In this document: one piece after another, positions 33,964-42,579 of the stretch
Numbering within the stretch: the first letter of the stretch is position 1
How the letters are laid out: every line of letters begins with the position of its first letter
From: an uncultured Acidobacteriota bacterium
Lineage (GTDB): Bacteria; Acidobacteriota; Thermoanaerobaculia; UBA5066; Gp7-AA6
Assembly: GCA_963738945.1 (NCBI GenBank)
Contig: CAVTYD010000002.1
Coordinates: forward strand, 3,285,233 to 3,349,232
Reading direction: 5' to 3'
DNA length: 64,000 nt
Made by a program: the position numbers and the translations under genes
The notes under the pieces: generated by a model
What the model was told of the DNA's origin: nothing
Seen by the model: only the letters and a program-made list of their open reading frames with translations
Database searches by the model: none

Positions 33964-35055
33964 CTACATGTACGACTCCGCCTCGAGCATGAGGCGCAGC
34001 CACTCTCCCTGTTCCTGGGCGAACAGGCCCTCGCAGCAGGCCAGGATTCCGAAGGCTTCGGACGGGCCGATCGCCGGGTTCTGGAGGCTCCTCCGATAGG
34101 CGGCGAGCGCGTTCTCCTTGGCGCAGGCGCGGGTCGAATTGCGCGTCGCCTCGAGGGTGGACCGCCACGTCCGGGCGCCCGCGAGGCCGGCCGGGATGAG
34201 GGCCGCGATGAAGGAGAAGACGAAACCGGGACCGTCGCCCTTCGAAGGACTCCCGGTGGTGAGGAAGACGTAGAGCTCCGGGATGAGGTGCAGGGCGACG
34301 AAGACGAGCGTCACGAGAAAGAAGGCCGGCATCAGGGCCGGGTTCGTGAGGAATCCGCCCTCTTCCTGCGATTTCCGGTGGAAGTAGCCGATCTGTGCGG
34401 CGAGCCGATTGTCGACGTAGTGATCGAGCCGCTCTCGAAGATGGGAGCCCGAGGGTTCGACGCGGGGAATGGCGGCGGCTGCCTCGTGGCGCGCGCGCTC
34501 CTGGAGCTCCGCGGCCTCGTGAAGGTCGTTCTGAACGATCGCGCTCTCGAGGTCCGCCGAAAGAGAGGCGGCGCTTCGGGTCGCGAGGCCCGGCTCGATG
34601 AAGAGCCGCCACTTGGAGAGGCGGAGCTGCTCGGCCCGATACCGTGCGAGCAGCCACTGGTTGTGACCGCGCCCCGAGAGCTCGGGCACGACGCAACCGA
34701 CCGTGACGAGGACCAGGACGAGCTCGATCAGAAGGAGGGCTCCGGAGAGGCGGTCTCCCATGCTCGAATGAAACGAGAGCTGGACGATCGAAAGAGCGAG
34801 CGCCGCCGTGGCCGCCGGGATTCCCCACCTCGCCCGGCCGAGGTGGCGGCGCTGCATCTCGTTGGCCTCTCCGTCGAGCCGGTCGAAGAGATTCAGCATC
34901 GACTCGGGCGCCGGCTCGGCCTCGATCGCGCGGAGGAACCGGCAAATGAACACGGGAGTTTGTTCCTCGAGGTGCGCCTCCCGCATGTCGTCCTTCACGA
35001 CCTCGACTCTCGAAGTCTTCTGGAGATCGGGGCAATCCTCCCGCTCGACGGTCAT
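33964..35055 (-). CDS. Tandem SLATT-domain (2 x 2-TM) membrane protein
   Basis: There are two modules. Each is a TM hairpin plus an amphipathic helix with SLATT/DUF4231-like motifs. Module 1 has RRHLGRARWG..TM..TM..NQWLLARYRAEQLRLSKW. Module 2 has AAQIGYFHRKSQ..TM..TM..TWRSTLEATRNSTRACAKENAL. Confidence 0.7.
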   Translation of the reverse strand: MTVEREDCPDLQKTSRVEVVKDDMREAHLEEQTPVFICRFLRAIEAEPAPESMLNLFDRLDGEANEMQRRHLGRARWGIPAATAALALSIVQLSFHSSMGDRLSGALLLIELVLVLVTVGCVVPELSGRGHNQWLLARYRAEQLRLSKWRLFIEPGLATRSAASLSADLESAIVQNDLHEAAELQERARHEAAAAIPRVEPSGSHLRERLDHYVDNRLAAQIGYFHRKSQEEGGFLTNPALMPAFFLVTLVFVALHLIPELYVFLTTGSPSKGDGPGFVFSFIAALIPAGLAGARTWRSTLEATRNSTRACAKENALAAYRRSLQNPAIGPSEAFGILACCEGLFAQEQGEWLRLMLEAESYM

Positions 35056-35336
35056 CACTTCTCGATCCGATACCCGAGCGCCACGATCGTCTTGAGCGTT
35101 TCCATGGCCGTCGTCCGGTCGTATTCCTTTTCGGACTCGGACAGGTCTTCGTAGGGGACGAGGGAAGGGTGTTCCTTCTTCTCATCGTTGCGCTCGGTCC
35201 CGTACCTCCAGCCGTCGGCGATGCGCCGCCGGGCCCAGTTCTCGTGCGTGTTGCGGGCGAGGAGCTCGGTCAGCTCGACGAGCTCGCGCGGAAGGCGGAT
35301 GCCCGACGTGTCCCGGGGCGCCGGCTTGTAGTCCAC
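35055..35336 (-). CDS. RyR (ryanodine receptor repeat) domain protein, 93 aa
   Basis: LARNTHENWARRRIADGWRYGTERNDEKKEHPSLVPYEDLSESEKEYDRTTAMETLKTIVALGY matches the RyR-domain consensus. The GTG at 35336 is preceded by GGAGG with 7-nt spacing. The stop overlaps the SLATT start (GTGATGA). Confidence 0.8.
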   Translation of the reverse strand: MDYKPAPRDTSGIRLPRELVELTELLARNTHENWARRRIADGWRYGTERNDEKKEHPSLVPYEDLSESEKEYDRTTAMETLKTIVALGYRIEK

Positions 35337-35438
35337 CGCGAGGCCTCCTTCCGCGTCGGACGTTCGGGTGGGGCCCTTATACACCGGGCCGGAGCGGTCC
35401 CGCTGCGGTAGAGTCGTCGGCGGTTTTCGGGAGGATTC

Positions 35439-36206
35439 ATGCGCTTCGGGGTCATCGTGGCGGCGGCGTTCTGGGGCGGAGCGGCTCTCGCGCCGGCGCA
35501 GACGGCCGAGGAGCTGATCGCGAAGAACATCGCCGCGCGGGGGGGCATCGAGAACATCAAGGCCGTCCAGACGATGCGGCTGACGGGCACGATGAAGACC
35601 GGGGATGACACGCTGCCGTCCGTCCTCGAGTTGAAGCGCCCGAACAAGAGCCGGTGGGAGTTCACCCTCGACCGCCAGACGGCGGTCCAGGCCTTCGACG
35701 GCACCGACGGGTGGACGTGGATTCCCTTCGCGGGCCAGGCCGAGCCCCGAAGCATGTCCGATGAGGAGCGCAAGGACGCCGCGCAACAGGCCGACATCGA
35801 CGGCCCGCTCGTGGACTACGCGCAGAAGGGCAGCCGGATCGAGCTCGTTCCCCACGACCGCGACTACCTGCCCGATGACTGGAAGCTGAAGGTCACGCTG
35901 AAGTCGGGCGAGGTCCGGTTCATCTACCTCGACCCCAAGACCTTTCTCCAGAGCGCGAGCGTCCTGACTCGCCAGGTCGACGGCCGCTCGATGGAAGTCC
36001 GCTCGGAGGTCGGCGACTACCGCAAGGAGGGCAGCCTGATGCTTCCGCACTCCTTCACCGCTTCGACGCAGGACGGCGCTCCGGCGCAGTCCCTGCAGTT
36101 CAGCCGCATCGAGCTGAACGTGCCGATCGACGACGATCGCTTTCGCATGCCGCCGCCGAAGCGCCCCGCCCAGCCGGACACCGCGCCGACGCCGGTGATC
36201 GGCTGA
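35439..36206 (+). CDS. Exported LolA-fold / outer-membrane lipoprotein-sorting-like protein
   Basis: Has a signal peptide, then AEELIAKNIAARGGIENIKAVQTMRLTG, which is typical of this family. Confidence 0.55.
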   Translation: MRFGVIVAAAFWGGAALAPAQTAEELIAKNIAARGGIENIKAVQTMRLTGTMKTGDDTLPSVLELKRPNKSRWEFTLDRQTAVQAFDGTDGWTWIPFAGQAEPRSMSDEERKDAAQQADIDGPLVDYAQKGSRIELVPHDRDYLPDDWKLKVTLKSGEVRFIYLDPKTFLQSASVLTRQVDGRSMEVRSEVGDYRKEGSLMLPHSFTASTQDGAPAQSLQFSRIELNVPIDDDRFRMPPPKRPAQPDTAPTPVIG

Positions 36207-36222
36207 CTCTCGGAGGACCGCG

Positions 36223-37122
36223 ATGACGCTTCCACGAATCGCTCTGCCGGTCCTGTTCGCCGCGGCGCTCGCGCGGCCGGCGGCCGCCCAGGCCCACTCG
36301 AAGGTCTACATCTCCGTCGACATGGAGGGCATCGCGGGCGTCGTGACGGGGGACCAGCTCTCCCCGGCGGGATTCGAGTACGAGCGCTTCCGCGGCTTCA
36401 TGACCAACGAGGTCCTCGCCGCGATCGAGGGCGCTCGGGCCGCGGGCGCCACGGAGTTCCTGGTCTCGGATTCGCACGGCAACGGCGAGAGCCTCCTGAT
36501 CGAGCGCTTTCCGAAGGACGTCCAGATCGTGCGCTCGTGGCCGCGGCCGCTCGCGATGATGCAGGGCATCGACGGAAGCTTCGACGCGGCGCTCTTCGTC
36601 GGCTATCACGCCTCGACGACGAACCCCGAGGGCGTGCGCGCGCACACGATGTCGTCGGCCCATCTCGCCGACCTGCGCTTGAACGGCGTGTCGATGCCGG
36701 AAGCCGGGTTGAACGCGGCGATCGCCGGGCACTTCGGCGTGCCGGTCGCCCTGATCACGGGCGACGACGCGATCATCAGGGAGGCGCAGGCCCTCCTCGG
36801 GCCCATCACGGGCGCCGTCGTGAAGTGGAACTACGGTTTTCACTCGGCGCGCACGCTGACGCCCGAGGCGGCGTGCGATGCGATCCGCGACGCCGCGCGG
36901 CGCGCGTTCGCCGAGCGCAAGAGCCGGAAGCCGTTCACGGTCGCGACGCCGGTCACGCTCGACCTCCGCTTCAAGAACTACCGCCCGGCCGAGGTCCTCG
37001 CGTACCTGCCGATCGTCGAGCGGACGGATGCGCACGCGATCCGGTTCCGAGGCAAGGACATGATCGAGGTCAGCCGCTTCCTCGAGTTCGTGGACGAGTA
37101 CGAGCCGGGCCTGTCGCCGTAA
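36223..37122 (+). CDS. Peptidase M55 (DppA-type D-aminopeptidase), exported
   Basis: Has KVYISVDMEGIAGV and SDSHGNG motifs plus a signal peptide. Confidence 0.85.
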   Translation: MTLPRIALPVLFAAALARPAAAQAHSKVYISVDMEGIAGVVTGDQLSPAGFEYERFRGFMTNEVLAAIEGARAAGATEFLVSDSHGNGESLLIERFPKDVQIVRSWPRPLAMMQGIDGSFDAALFVGYHASTTNPEGVRAHTMSSAHLADLRLNGVSMPEAGLNAAIAGHFGVPVALITGDDAIIREAQALLGPITGAVVKWNYGFHSARTLTPEAACDAIRDAARRAFAERKSRKPFTVATPVTLDLRFKNYRPAEVLAYLPIVERTDAHAIRFRGKDMIEVSRFLEFVDEYEPGLSP

Positions 37123-37153
37123 ATCCGCGCGGCAGGCGCGAGGGGGAACCCCC

Positions 37154-38281
37154 ATGACGCCATGGCGATTCGAGACGCGGGCGGTGCACGCGGGCGGCGA
37201 GCCCGATGCCGCGACGGGCGCCGTCGCGCCGCCGATCCATCTTTCCACGACCTTCGAGCACGGACCGGCCGGCGAGACGCCTCTCGGCTTTCTCTACGTC
37301 CGCGACGCCAATCCGACACAGGCGCGCCTCGAGCGAGCGCTCGCCGCGATCGAGGGCGGCGAGACGGCTCTCGTGTTCGGCTCCGGCATGGCGGCGGCCG
37401 CGGCCTACCTTCAGGCGCAGCCCGCCGGCACGCACGTCGTCTATCCGAGAGACGTCTACTACGGGGTCCGCGCCCTGGCGACGGAGTTCCTCCCGCGCTG
37501 GGCCATGGAGGCGACGGCAGCCGACATGTCGAACCTCGACGAGGTCCGGGCCGCGATGCGCCCCTCGACGCGCGTCGTCTGGGCCGAGACGCCCTCGAAC
37601 CCGCTCATGCAGGTCTGCGACCTCGCCGGGCTCGCGGCGCTCGCGCACGCCGGCGGCGCGCAGCTCGCCGTGGACGCCACCTTCGCCACGCCCGCGCTCC
37701 AGCGTCCGCTCGAGCTCGGCGCCGACGCCGTTCATCACTCGACGACCAAGTATCTCGGCGGCCACAGCGACGTGCAGGGCGGCGTGCTCGTCTTCCGCGA
37801 GGCCGGAGAGCTTTCTCAAAGGGCGGCGTACGTCCGGAAGATCGTGGGCGCCGTGGCTTCGCCGTTCAACTCGTGGCTCGTGCTGCGAGGCCTCCGCACG
37901 CTCGCCTGCCGCGTCGAACGTCAGTCGTCCAATGCCCTCGCGATCGCGCGCTTTCTCGAGACCCATCCGTCCGTCGAGGCCGTGCACTATCCGGGGCTTC
38001 CGTCGCATGCGGGGCACGCGATCGCGAGGCGCCAGATGTCGGCATTCGGCGGCATGCTGTCCTTCCGCGTGCGGGGCGGCCGCGACGCGGCGGTGCGCCT
38101 GGCCTCGCGGGTGAAAGTCTTCGTCAACGCGACGAGCCTCGGCGGAACGGAGAGCCTGATCGAGCACCGCGCCTCGAGCGAGGGGCCGGGCTCGCCGACT
38201 CCGCCGAACCTGCTGCGCGTGTCCGTCGGCCTCGAGCACCCCGACGACCTGATCGGCGATCTCGCGCAGGCCCTCGGGTAA
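37154..38281 (+). CDS. Cys/Met-metabolism PLP enzyme (cystathionine gamma-synthase/beta- or gamma-lyase family)
   Basis: Has the PLP-Lys motif STTKYLGGHSD and C-terminal LLRVSVGLEHPDDLI. Confidence 0.9.
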   Translation: MTPWRFETRAVHAGGEPDAATGAVAPPIHLSTTFEHGPAGETPLGFLYVRDANPTQARLERALAAIEGGETALVFGSGMAAAAAYLQAQPAGTHVVYPRDVYYGVRALATEFLPRWAMEATAADMSNLDEVRAAMRPSTRVVWAETPSNPLMQVCDLAGLAALAHAGGAQLAVDATFATPALQRPLELGADAVHHSTTKYLGGHSDVQGGVLVFREAGELSQRAAYVRKIVGAVASPFNSWLVLRGLRTLACRVERQSSNALAIARFLETHPSVEAVHYPGLPSHAGHAIARRQMSAFGGMLSFRVRGGRDAAVRLASRVKVFVNATSLGGTESLIEHRASSEGPGSPTPPNLLRVSVGLEHPDDLIGDLAQALG

Positions 38282-38295
38282 AGACCTCGCCGGTC

Positions 38296-38592
38296 CTCCC
38301 TCGCGGAGCGAGTGATCCCCTTTCAGTCGTCGTGCGGCTATGAAAGGGATCCCTCGTCGCGACGCTCCTCGGGATGACAGGGGGAGTGGCTCGGGATGAC
38401 GGGGGGGGAGTGCGCGTGTCGTGACTGGCGTCGGCGCCCGGACGAGGCGTCAGGCCGACGGCCGTCCCCTGTCATCCCGAGCGCAGCGAGGGATCCCTTT
38501 CGAGTCGTCGTGCGGCTATGAAAGGGATCCCTCGTCGCGACGCTCCTCGGGATGACAGGGGGAGCGGCTCGGGATGACAGGGGGAGTGCGGC
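38296..38592. repeat. Two copies of a long-hairpin (MITE/REP-like) element
   Basis: Copy 2 spans about 38466-38583. Its left arm CCCCTGTCATCCCGAGCGCAGCGAGGGATCCCTTTC is followed by a loop, then the right arm GAAAGGGATCCCTCGTCGCGACGCTCCTCGGGATGACAGGGGG. Copy 1 (about 38307-38410) has a degraded left arm. The core GAGGGATCCCTTTC / GAAAGGGATCCCTC is a perfect 14-bp inverted repeat. Confidence 0.9.
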
Positions 38593-38599
38593 GACACGG

Positions 38600-39331
38600 T
38601 CACTTCTTCAGGTACTCCGAGGGAACGGTGTTCGGCAGGTACTGCGAGGGAATCGGGTTGTCTTCCCGCTCGGTGTCCCATGCGACCGACGCGATCCACC
38701 AGCGGTGGCCGTCGTTGACGAGCTGGATGCTGTTGATGCCCCGGATGAACGGCTTCTCGTCCGACGGGGCGCGGCGCGACTCGTAGGTCGAGAAGACCTG
38801 GCAGACGTGGCCGAAGCAGTCGGCGCGTCGCGCGACCTCCTTTTCGAAAAAGGACGTCGGATCGCCCTTGGCCTTCGCGGCGGCCATGCCTTCCTTGACG
38901 CGCTGCTCGAAACCGTCCACGTCGAGGACGGTGAAGAGATCGCTCTTCGGGTTCTTCGGAGGAATCAGCATTCCGACCTGCATGAAGATGCTCCGCATCC
39001 GCTCCCAGTTCGGTTCCCCGCTCGAGTCGTGGCTGACCGAGCCGTAGAGTGCGGCGAGGATCGCATCCACGGAAGCGCCGTCGGCGTCTTCCTGGGCGGC
39101 GGCGGCGCGCGGCGCACGGGGACGCCGGTCCTCGGGACCACCCGGCGTCGGCATGCGCTGGGCCTCCTTCTCGGCATTCGGGTCGTGGAGCTTCACGCCG
39201 ACGACCGGCGTCACGCCGAGGCGGGGGTTCACGCCCGAAGTCGGCGGATTCTGCGAAGCGGTCTGGGAGAGCAGCAGCGAGGCGCCGGCGCAGAACGCCC
39301 CGACGGAGGCGAAAACGGCGATCTTCTTCAT
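38600..39331 (-). CDS. Exported hypothetical protein, paralog A
   Basis: Has a signal peptide. The conserved C-terminal block is shared with the next gene (SVD.I..ALY..VSH...GEPNW.R....F......IPP...VLDVD.F..R.......STYE....P...PF.RG..SIQLV.D..RWWIA...WDTER.DNPIP). Confidence 0.7.
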   Translation of the reverse strand: MKKIAVFASVGAFCAGASLLLSQTASQNPPTSGVNPRLGVTPVVGVKLHDPNAEKEAQRMPTPGGPEDRRPRAPRAAAAQEDADGASVDAILAALYGSVSHDSSGEPNWERMRSIFMQVGMLIPPKNPKSDLFTVLDVDGFEQRVKEGMAAAKAKGDPTSFFEKEVARRADCFGHVCQVFSTYESRRAPSDEKPFIRGINSIQLVNDGHRWWIASVAWDTEREDNPIPSQYLPNTVPSEYLKK

Positions 39332-39374
39332 GGTTTCTCCTTCCCCGTCCTACGGGACGGACGCGGATCGTGTT

Positions 39375-40040
39375 TCATGATGCCAGTAGTTCCGGCGGAA
39401 TCGGGTTGTCGGGGCGCTCCGTGTCCCAGACCAGCGCCGCGATCCACCAGCGGCGGTGGTCCGAGACGAGCTGGATCGAATGGACGCCCCGGGCAAACGG
39501 GTGCGGGTCGCGCGGCGCCCACAGCGTCTCGTAGGTCGAGAACACGAGGCAGACGTCGCCGAAGCGGTTCTCGCGCCGCGCGATCTCGCGCTCGGTGAAT
39601 CCCAGCCTCTCGTGGCGCTCCCGGCGCCCCGCGATGTACCGGCGGATGCGGCCCTCGAAGGCGTCGACGTCAAGAACGCCGAACGCGTCGGCCGCGGCGG
39701 GCCTGGGCGGCACGATCCTCGCCCCCGGCAGGAACAGGTCGTGCAGTCTTCTCCAGTTGGGCTCGCCATCCGGTCCGTGGCTGACCGCCGCGTAGAGCGC
39801 CATGACGATCGAATCCACGGAGGATCCATCCGGCTGGACCTCGAGCGGCTTCGCTTCTTTGAACGGCAGCGGCGTCGGCGTCGGGCCGGGGCCGGACGGT
39901 CCGTTCGCGGCGGCGGTCTTCGCCAGGGCCTCGGCCGCGCGGATCGCGATGTTGATCGGATTCTCCGTCTGTGCCCGCGCGCTCGCGGCGGCGAACGCGG
40001 CGATCAGGAAAACGTGCCGGGCGCGTCCGAGATCAGGCAT
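39375..40040 (-). CDS. Exported hypothetical protein, paralog B
   Basis: Has a signal peptide (HVFLIAAFAAASARAQ) and the same conserved block as 38600..39331. Confidence 0.7.
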   Translation of the reverse strand: MPDLGRARHVFLIAAFAAASARAQTENPINIAIRAAEALAKTAAANGPSGPGPTPTPLPFKEAKPLEVQPDGSSVDSIVMALYAAVSHGPDGEPNWRRLHDLFLPGARIVPPRPAAADAFGVLDVDAFEGRIRRYIAGRRERHERLGFTEREIARRENRFGDVCLVFSTYETLWAPRDPHPFARGVHSIQLVSDHRRWWIAALVWDTERPDNPIPPELLAS

Positions 40041-40473
40041 GGTGCGGCCGGGAGAGCCACCGGTCGAGGGAGAAGCGATCTGAGTCCCGCGGAACCATCA
40101 GGAGAAAGAGCAGGAGAGCGAGCCGCGGGATCACGTGGGTGTGGAACTCGTAGAGGGGCTCCTTCAGCAGGTGGCCGAACGTCACGACGAGAAGAACTCC
40201 GCCGAGGGCGACGAGGGCCTCCGTCACGCGCCAGCCGACGAGCACGAGCGCGCCGGCCAGAAGCTCCACGAAGGGAATCGTCAGCCCCGTCAGCCAGAGC
40301 GACCACGCCGGCAGGAACGTATCGGCGTACGGATCCACGAACCACTTGTGCGCGTGGCCGGCCGGAGTGAGCGTGAAGACCTTGTAGATGCCCGCCATGA
40401 AGAAAATCAGTCCGAGGACGCCGCGTGCGAAGAGGACCGCCCAGGCGCGGCGCGCCGAGTCCGAGACGGGCAT
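40033..40473 (-). CDS. DoxX-like 4-TM membrane protein
   Basis: The ATG at 40473 is in frame (MPVSDSARRAWAVLFARGVLGLIFFMAGIYK). Four TM segments are present. The 3' end overlaps the start of paralog B by 8 nt. Confidence 0.55.
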   Translation of the reverse strand: MPVSDSARRAWAVLFARGVLGLIFFMAGIYKVFTLTPAGHAHKWFVDPYADTFLPAWSLWLTGLTIPFVELLAGALVLVGWRVTEALVALGGVLLVVTFGHLLKEPLYEFHTHVIPRLALLLFLLMVPRDSDRFSLDRWLSRPHHA

Positions 40474-40577
40474 CGTGACGCCTCCTTCTCCGGGCCGCCG
40501 ACTCCGGTAGACTCCGCGGACGTCGCGGCGGCTCCGAGACAAGGAAACGATACGACGTTTGCGCCGCGGAGGACTTG

Positions 40578-42575
40578 ATGGACGCTCCGGAGTCGAAGTC
40601 GCTCCCCGAAAACGCCTACCGGCCGCTCGCCGCCGGCGAGACCTACCGTCCCGTCATTCCCGCCTCGGCGTCCGTTCCCGAGGCCACCGGGCGCTCGGTC
40701 GTCTGGGGCCTCTTTCTCTGCGCCCTGTTCACCGCGGCGTCGGCCTACTCGGGCCTCAAGGTCGGACAGGTCATGGAGGCGGCGATCCCGATCTCGATCC
40801 TCGCGATCGGATTGGCGCGCGTATACGCCCGGCGCTCGAGCCTTCTCGAAAACGTCATCATCACGGGCATCGGCGGCGTCTCCGGCTCGGTCGTGGCCGG
40901 AGCGATCTTCACGCTGCCGGCCCTCTACATCCTCAAGCTCGACCCCAAACCCTGGCAGACGATCTTCATCTGCCTGGCGGGCGCCTGTCTCGGCATCCTG
41001 TTTCTCATACCGCTGCGGCGCTACTTCGTCAGCGAGATGCATGGGCAGTTTCCCTATCCCGAGGCGACCGCGATCACCGAGGTCCTCGTCACGGGAGAGA
41101 AGGGAGGATCCCAGGCCCGGCTGCTGCTCGAGGCGACGGGCATCGCCGCCGTGTACGACTTCTTCGTGACGACGTTCCAGGTGTGGAAGGAGACGGTCGA
41201 CTTCCAGTTCATCCCGGCGATGCGCGAGGCCGCCGACAAGGCGCGGCTCGTCCTGCGCGTGGACGCGATCGCGTTCATTCTGGGCCTCGGCTACGTCATG
41301 GGCCTGCGCGCCTCGACGCTCCTGTGCGCCGGAGGAGTCCTCTCGAACTTCGTGCTCGTTCCTCTGGTCTGGATGGTCGGCCGCCACGTGCCCACCGCAA
41401 TCTACCCGGCGCCCATGCCGATCGCCGAGATGAGCGCGGCCCTCATCTACCGCTGGTACGTGCGCTACGTGGGCGTCGGGGCGATCGCGACGGCGGGCAT
41501 CTTCGGCATCGTCAAGTCCCTGAAGATCGTGGCCGGATCCTTCTCGATCGCGGCCCGGGCCTTCCGCCACGGCGAGGGCGAGGGCCGCGAGCGAACGGAC
41601 CGGGACATCGCGATCGTGCGGATCCTGATCGGCGTGATCGTTTCGACGCTCGCGATCGCGGTCTTCCTGGGGAAGCTCGAACCGCGCTCCATCGTGGTGC
41701 TCGTCGGGCTCGCGCTCACGCTCGTGTTCTCCTTTTTCTTCACGTCGGTCGCGGCCAACGCGATCGCGACGACGGCGCGCAATCCGGTCTCCGGAATGAC
41801 GATGCTCACGATCATCATCTCCTCGGTCGTGCTGCTGGAGTTCGGCGTCTCGGGGCGCAGCGGCATGTTCTTCGTGATGGCGATCGCCGGCGTCGTCTGC
41901 ACGGCCCTCTCGGTCTCCGGCCAGACGATCACGGACCTGAAGACGGGCTACTGGCTGGGCTCGACCCCGGCCAAGCAGGAGCGGGTCAAGTTCTACGGGG
42001 CGCTCGTCTCTTCGATCGTCGTTGGCCTCGTGATCATCGCGCTGGCGCAGACCTTCCAGTTCGGCGAGGCCGCCCCCGGCGATGCGCGCCCGGTTCTGGT
42101 CTCGCCGCAGGCCTCGATCATGAAGGCGCTCGTCGAGGGCTTCATGAGCCGCCAGCCGGTTCCCTGGGTTCTCTTCGGAACCGGCGCCGCGATCGCCGTG
42201 ATGATGGAGATGCTCGGCGTTCCGGCTTTAATCGTGGCGCTCGGCATGTATCTGCCGCTGGAGTTGAACTCGGGTGCGCTCGTCGGCGGATTTCTCGCGC
42301 ACTACGTCACCCGCCGGTCCGAGCGGGTGGGCGGAGCGGCGGGTCAGACCATGCGTGAGCGAGCCGTCATCATCGCATCCGGGCTGATGGCGGGCGGAGC
42401 GCTCGGGGGCGTCTTCGGCGCGGCCCTGCGGCTCTTCGGCTGGTATCGCGAGGACCTCGTCAAGCTGCCCTTCTTCGACAACGATCCCGTGTCGCAGATG
42501 GTCAGCTGCGCCGGGTTCATCGGCCTCTGCCTCTACCAGTGGTTCGGCGCGATGAAGAAAGAGAGACCGGCGTAG
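40578..42575 (+). CDS. OPT family oligopeptide transporter
   Basis: About 16 TM segments are present. The N-terminal pattern is OPT-like (TGRSVVWGLFLCALFTAASAYSGLKVGQVMEAAIPISIL). GGAGGA lies 4 nt upstream of the ATG at 40578. Confidence 0.85.
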   Translation: MDAPESKSLPENAYRPLAAGETYRPVIPASASVPEATGRSVVWGLFLCALFTAASAYSGLKVGQVMEAAIPISILAIGLARVYARRSSLLENVIITGIGGVSGSVVAGAIFTLPALYILKLDPKPWQTIFICLAGACLGILFLIPLRRYFVSEMHGQFPYPEATAITEVLVTGEKGGSQARLLLEATGIAAVYDFFVTTFQVWKETVDFQFIPAMREAADKARLVLRVDAIAFILGLGYVMGLRASTLLCAGGVLSNFVLVPLVWMVGRHVPTAIYPAPMPIAEMSAALIYRWYVRYVGVGAIATAGIFGIVKSLKIVAGSFSIAARAFRHGEGEGRERTDRDIAIVRILIGVIVSTLAIAVFLGKLEPRSIVVLVGLALTLVFSFFFTSVAANAIATTARNPVSGMTMLTIIISSVVLLEFGVSGRSGMFFVMAIAGVVCTALSVSGQTITDLKTGYWLGSTPAKQERVKFYGALVSSIVVGLVIIALAQTFQFGEAAPGDARPVLVSPQASIMKALVEGFMSRQPVPWVLFGTGAAIAVMMEMLGVPALIVALGMYLPLELNSGALVGGFLAHYVTRRSERVGGAAGQTMRERAVIIASGLMAGGALGGVFGAALRLFGWYREDLVKLPFFDNDPVSQMVSCAGFIGLCLYQWFGAMKKERPA

Positions 42576-42579
42576 CCGG

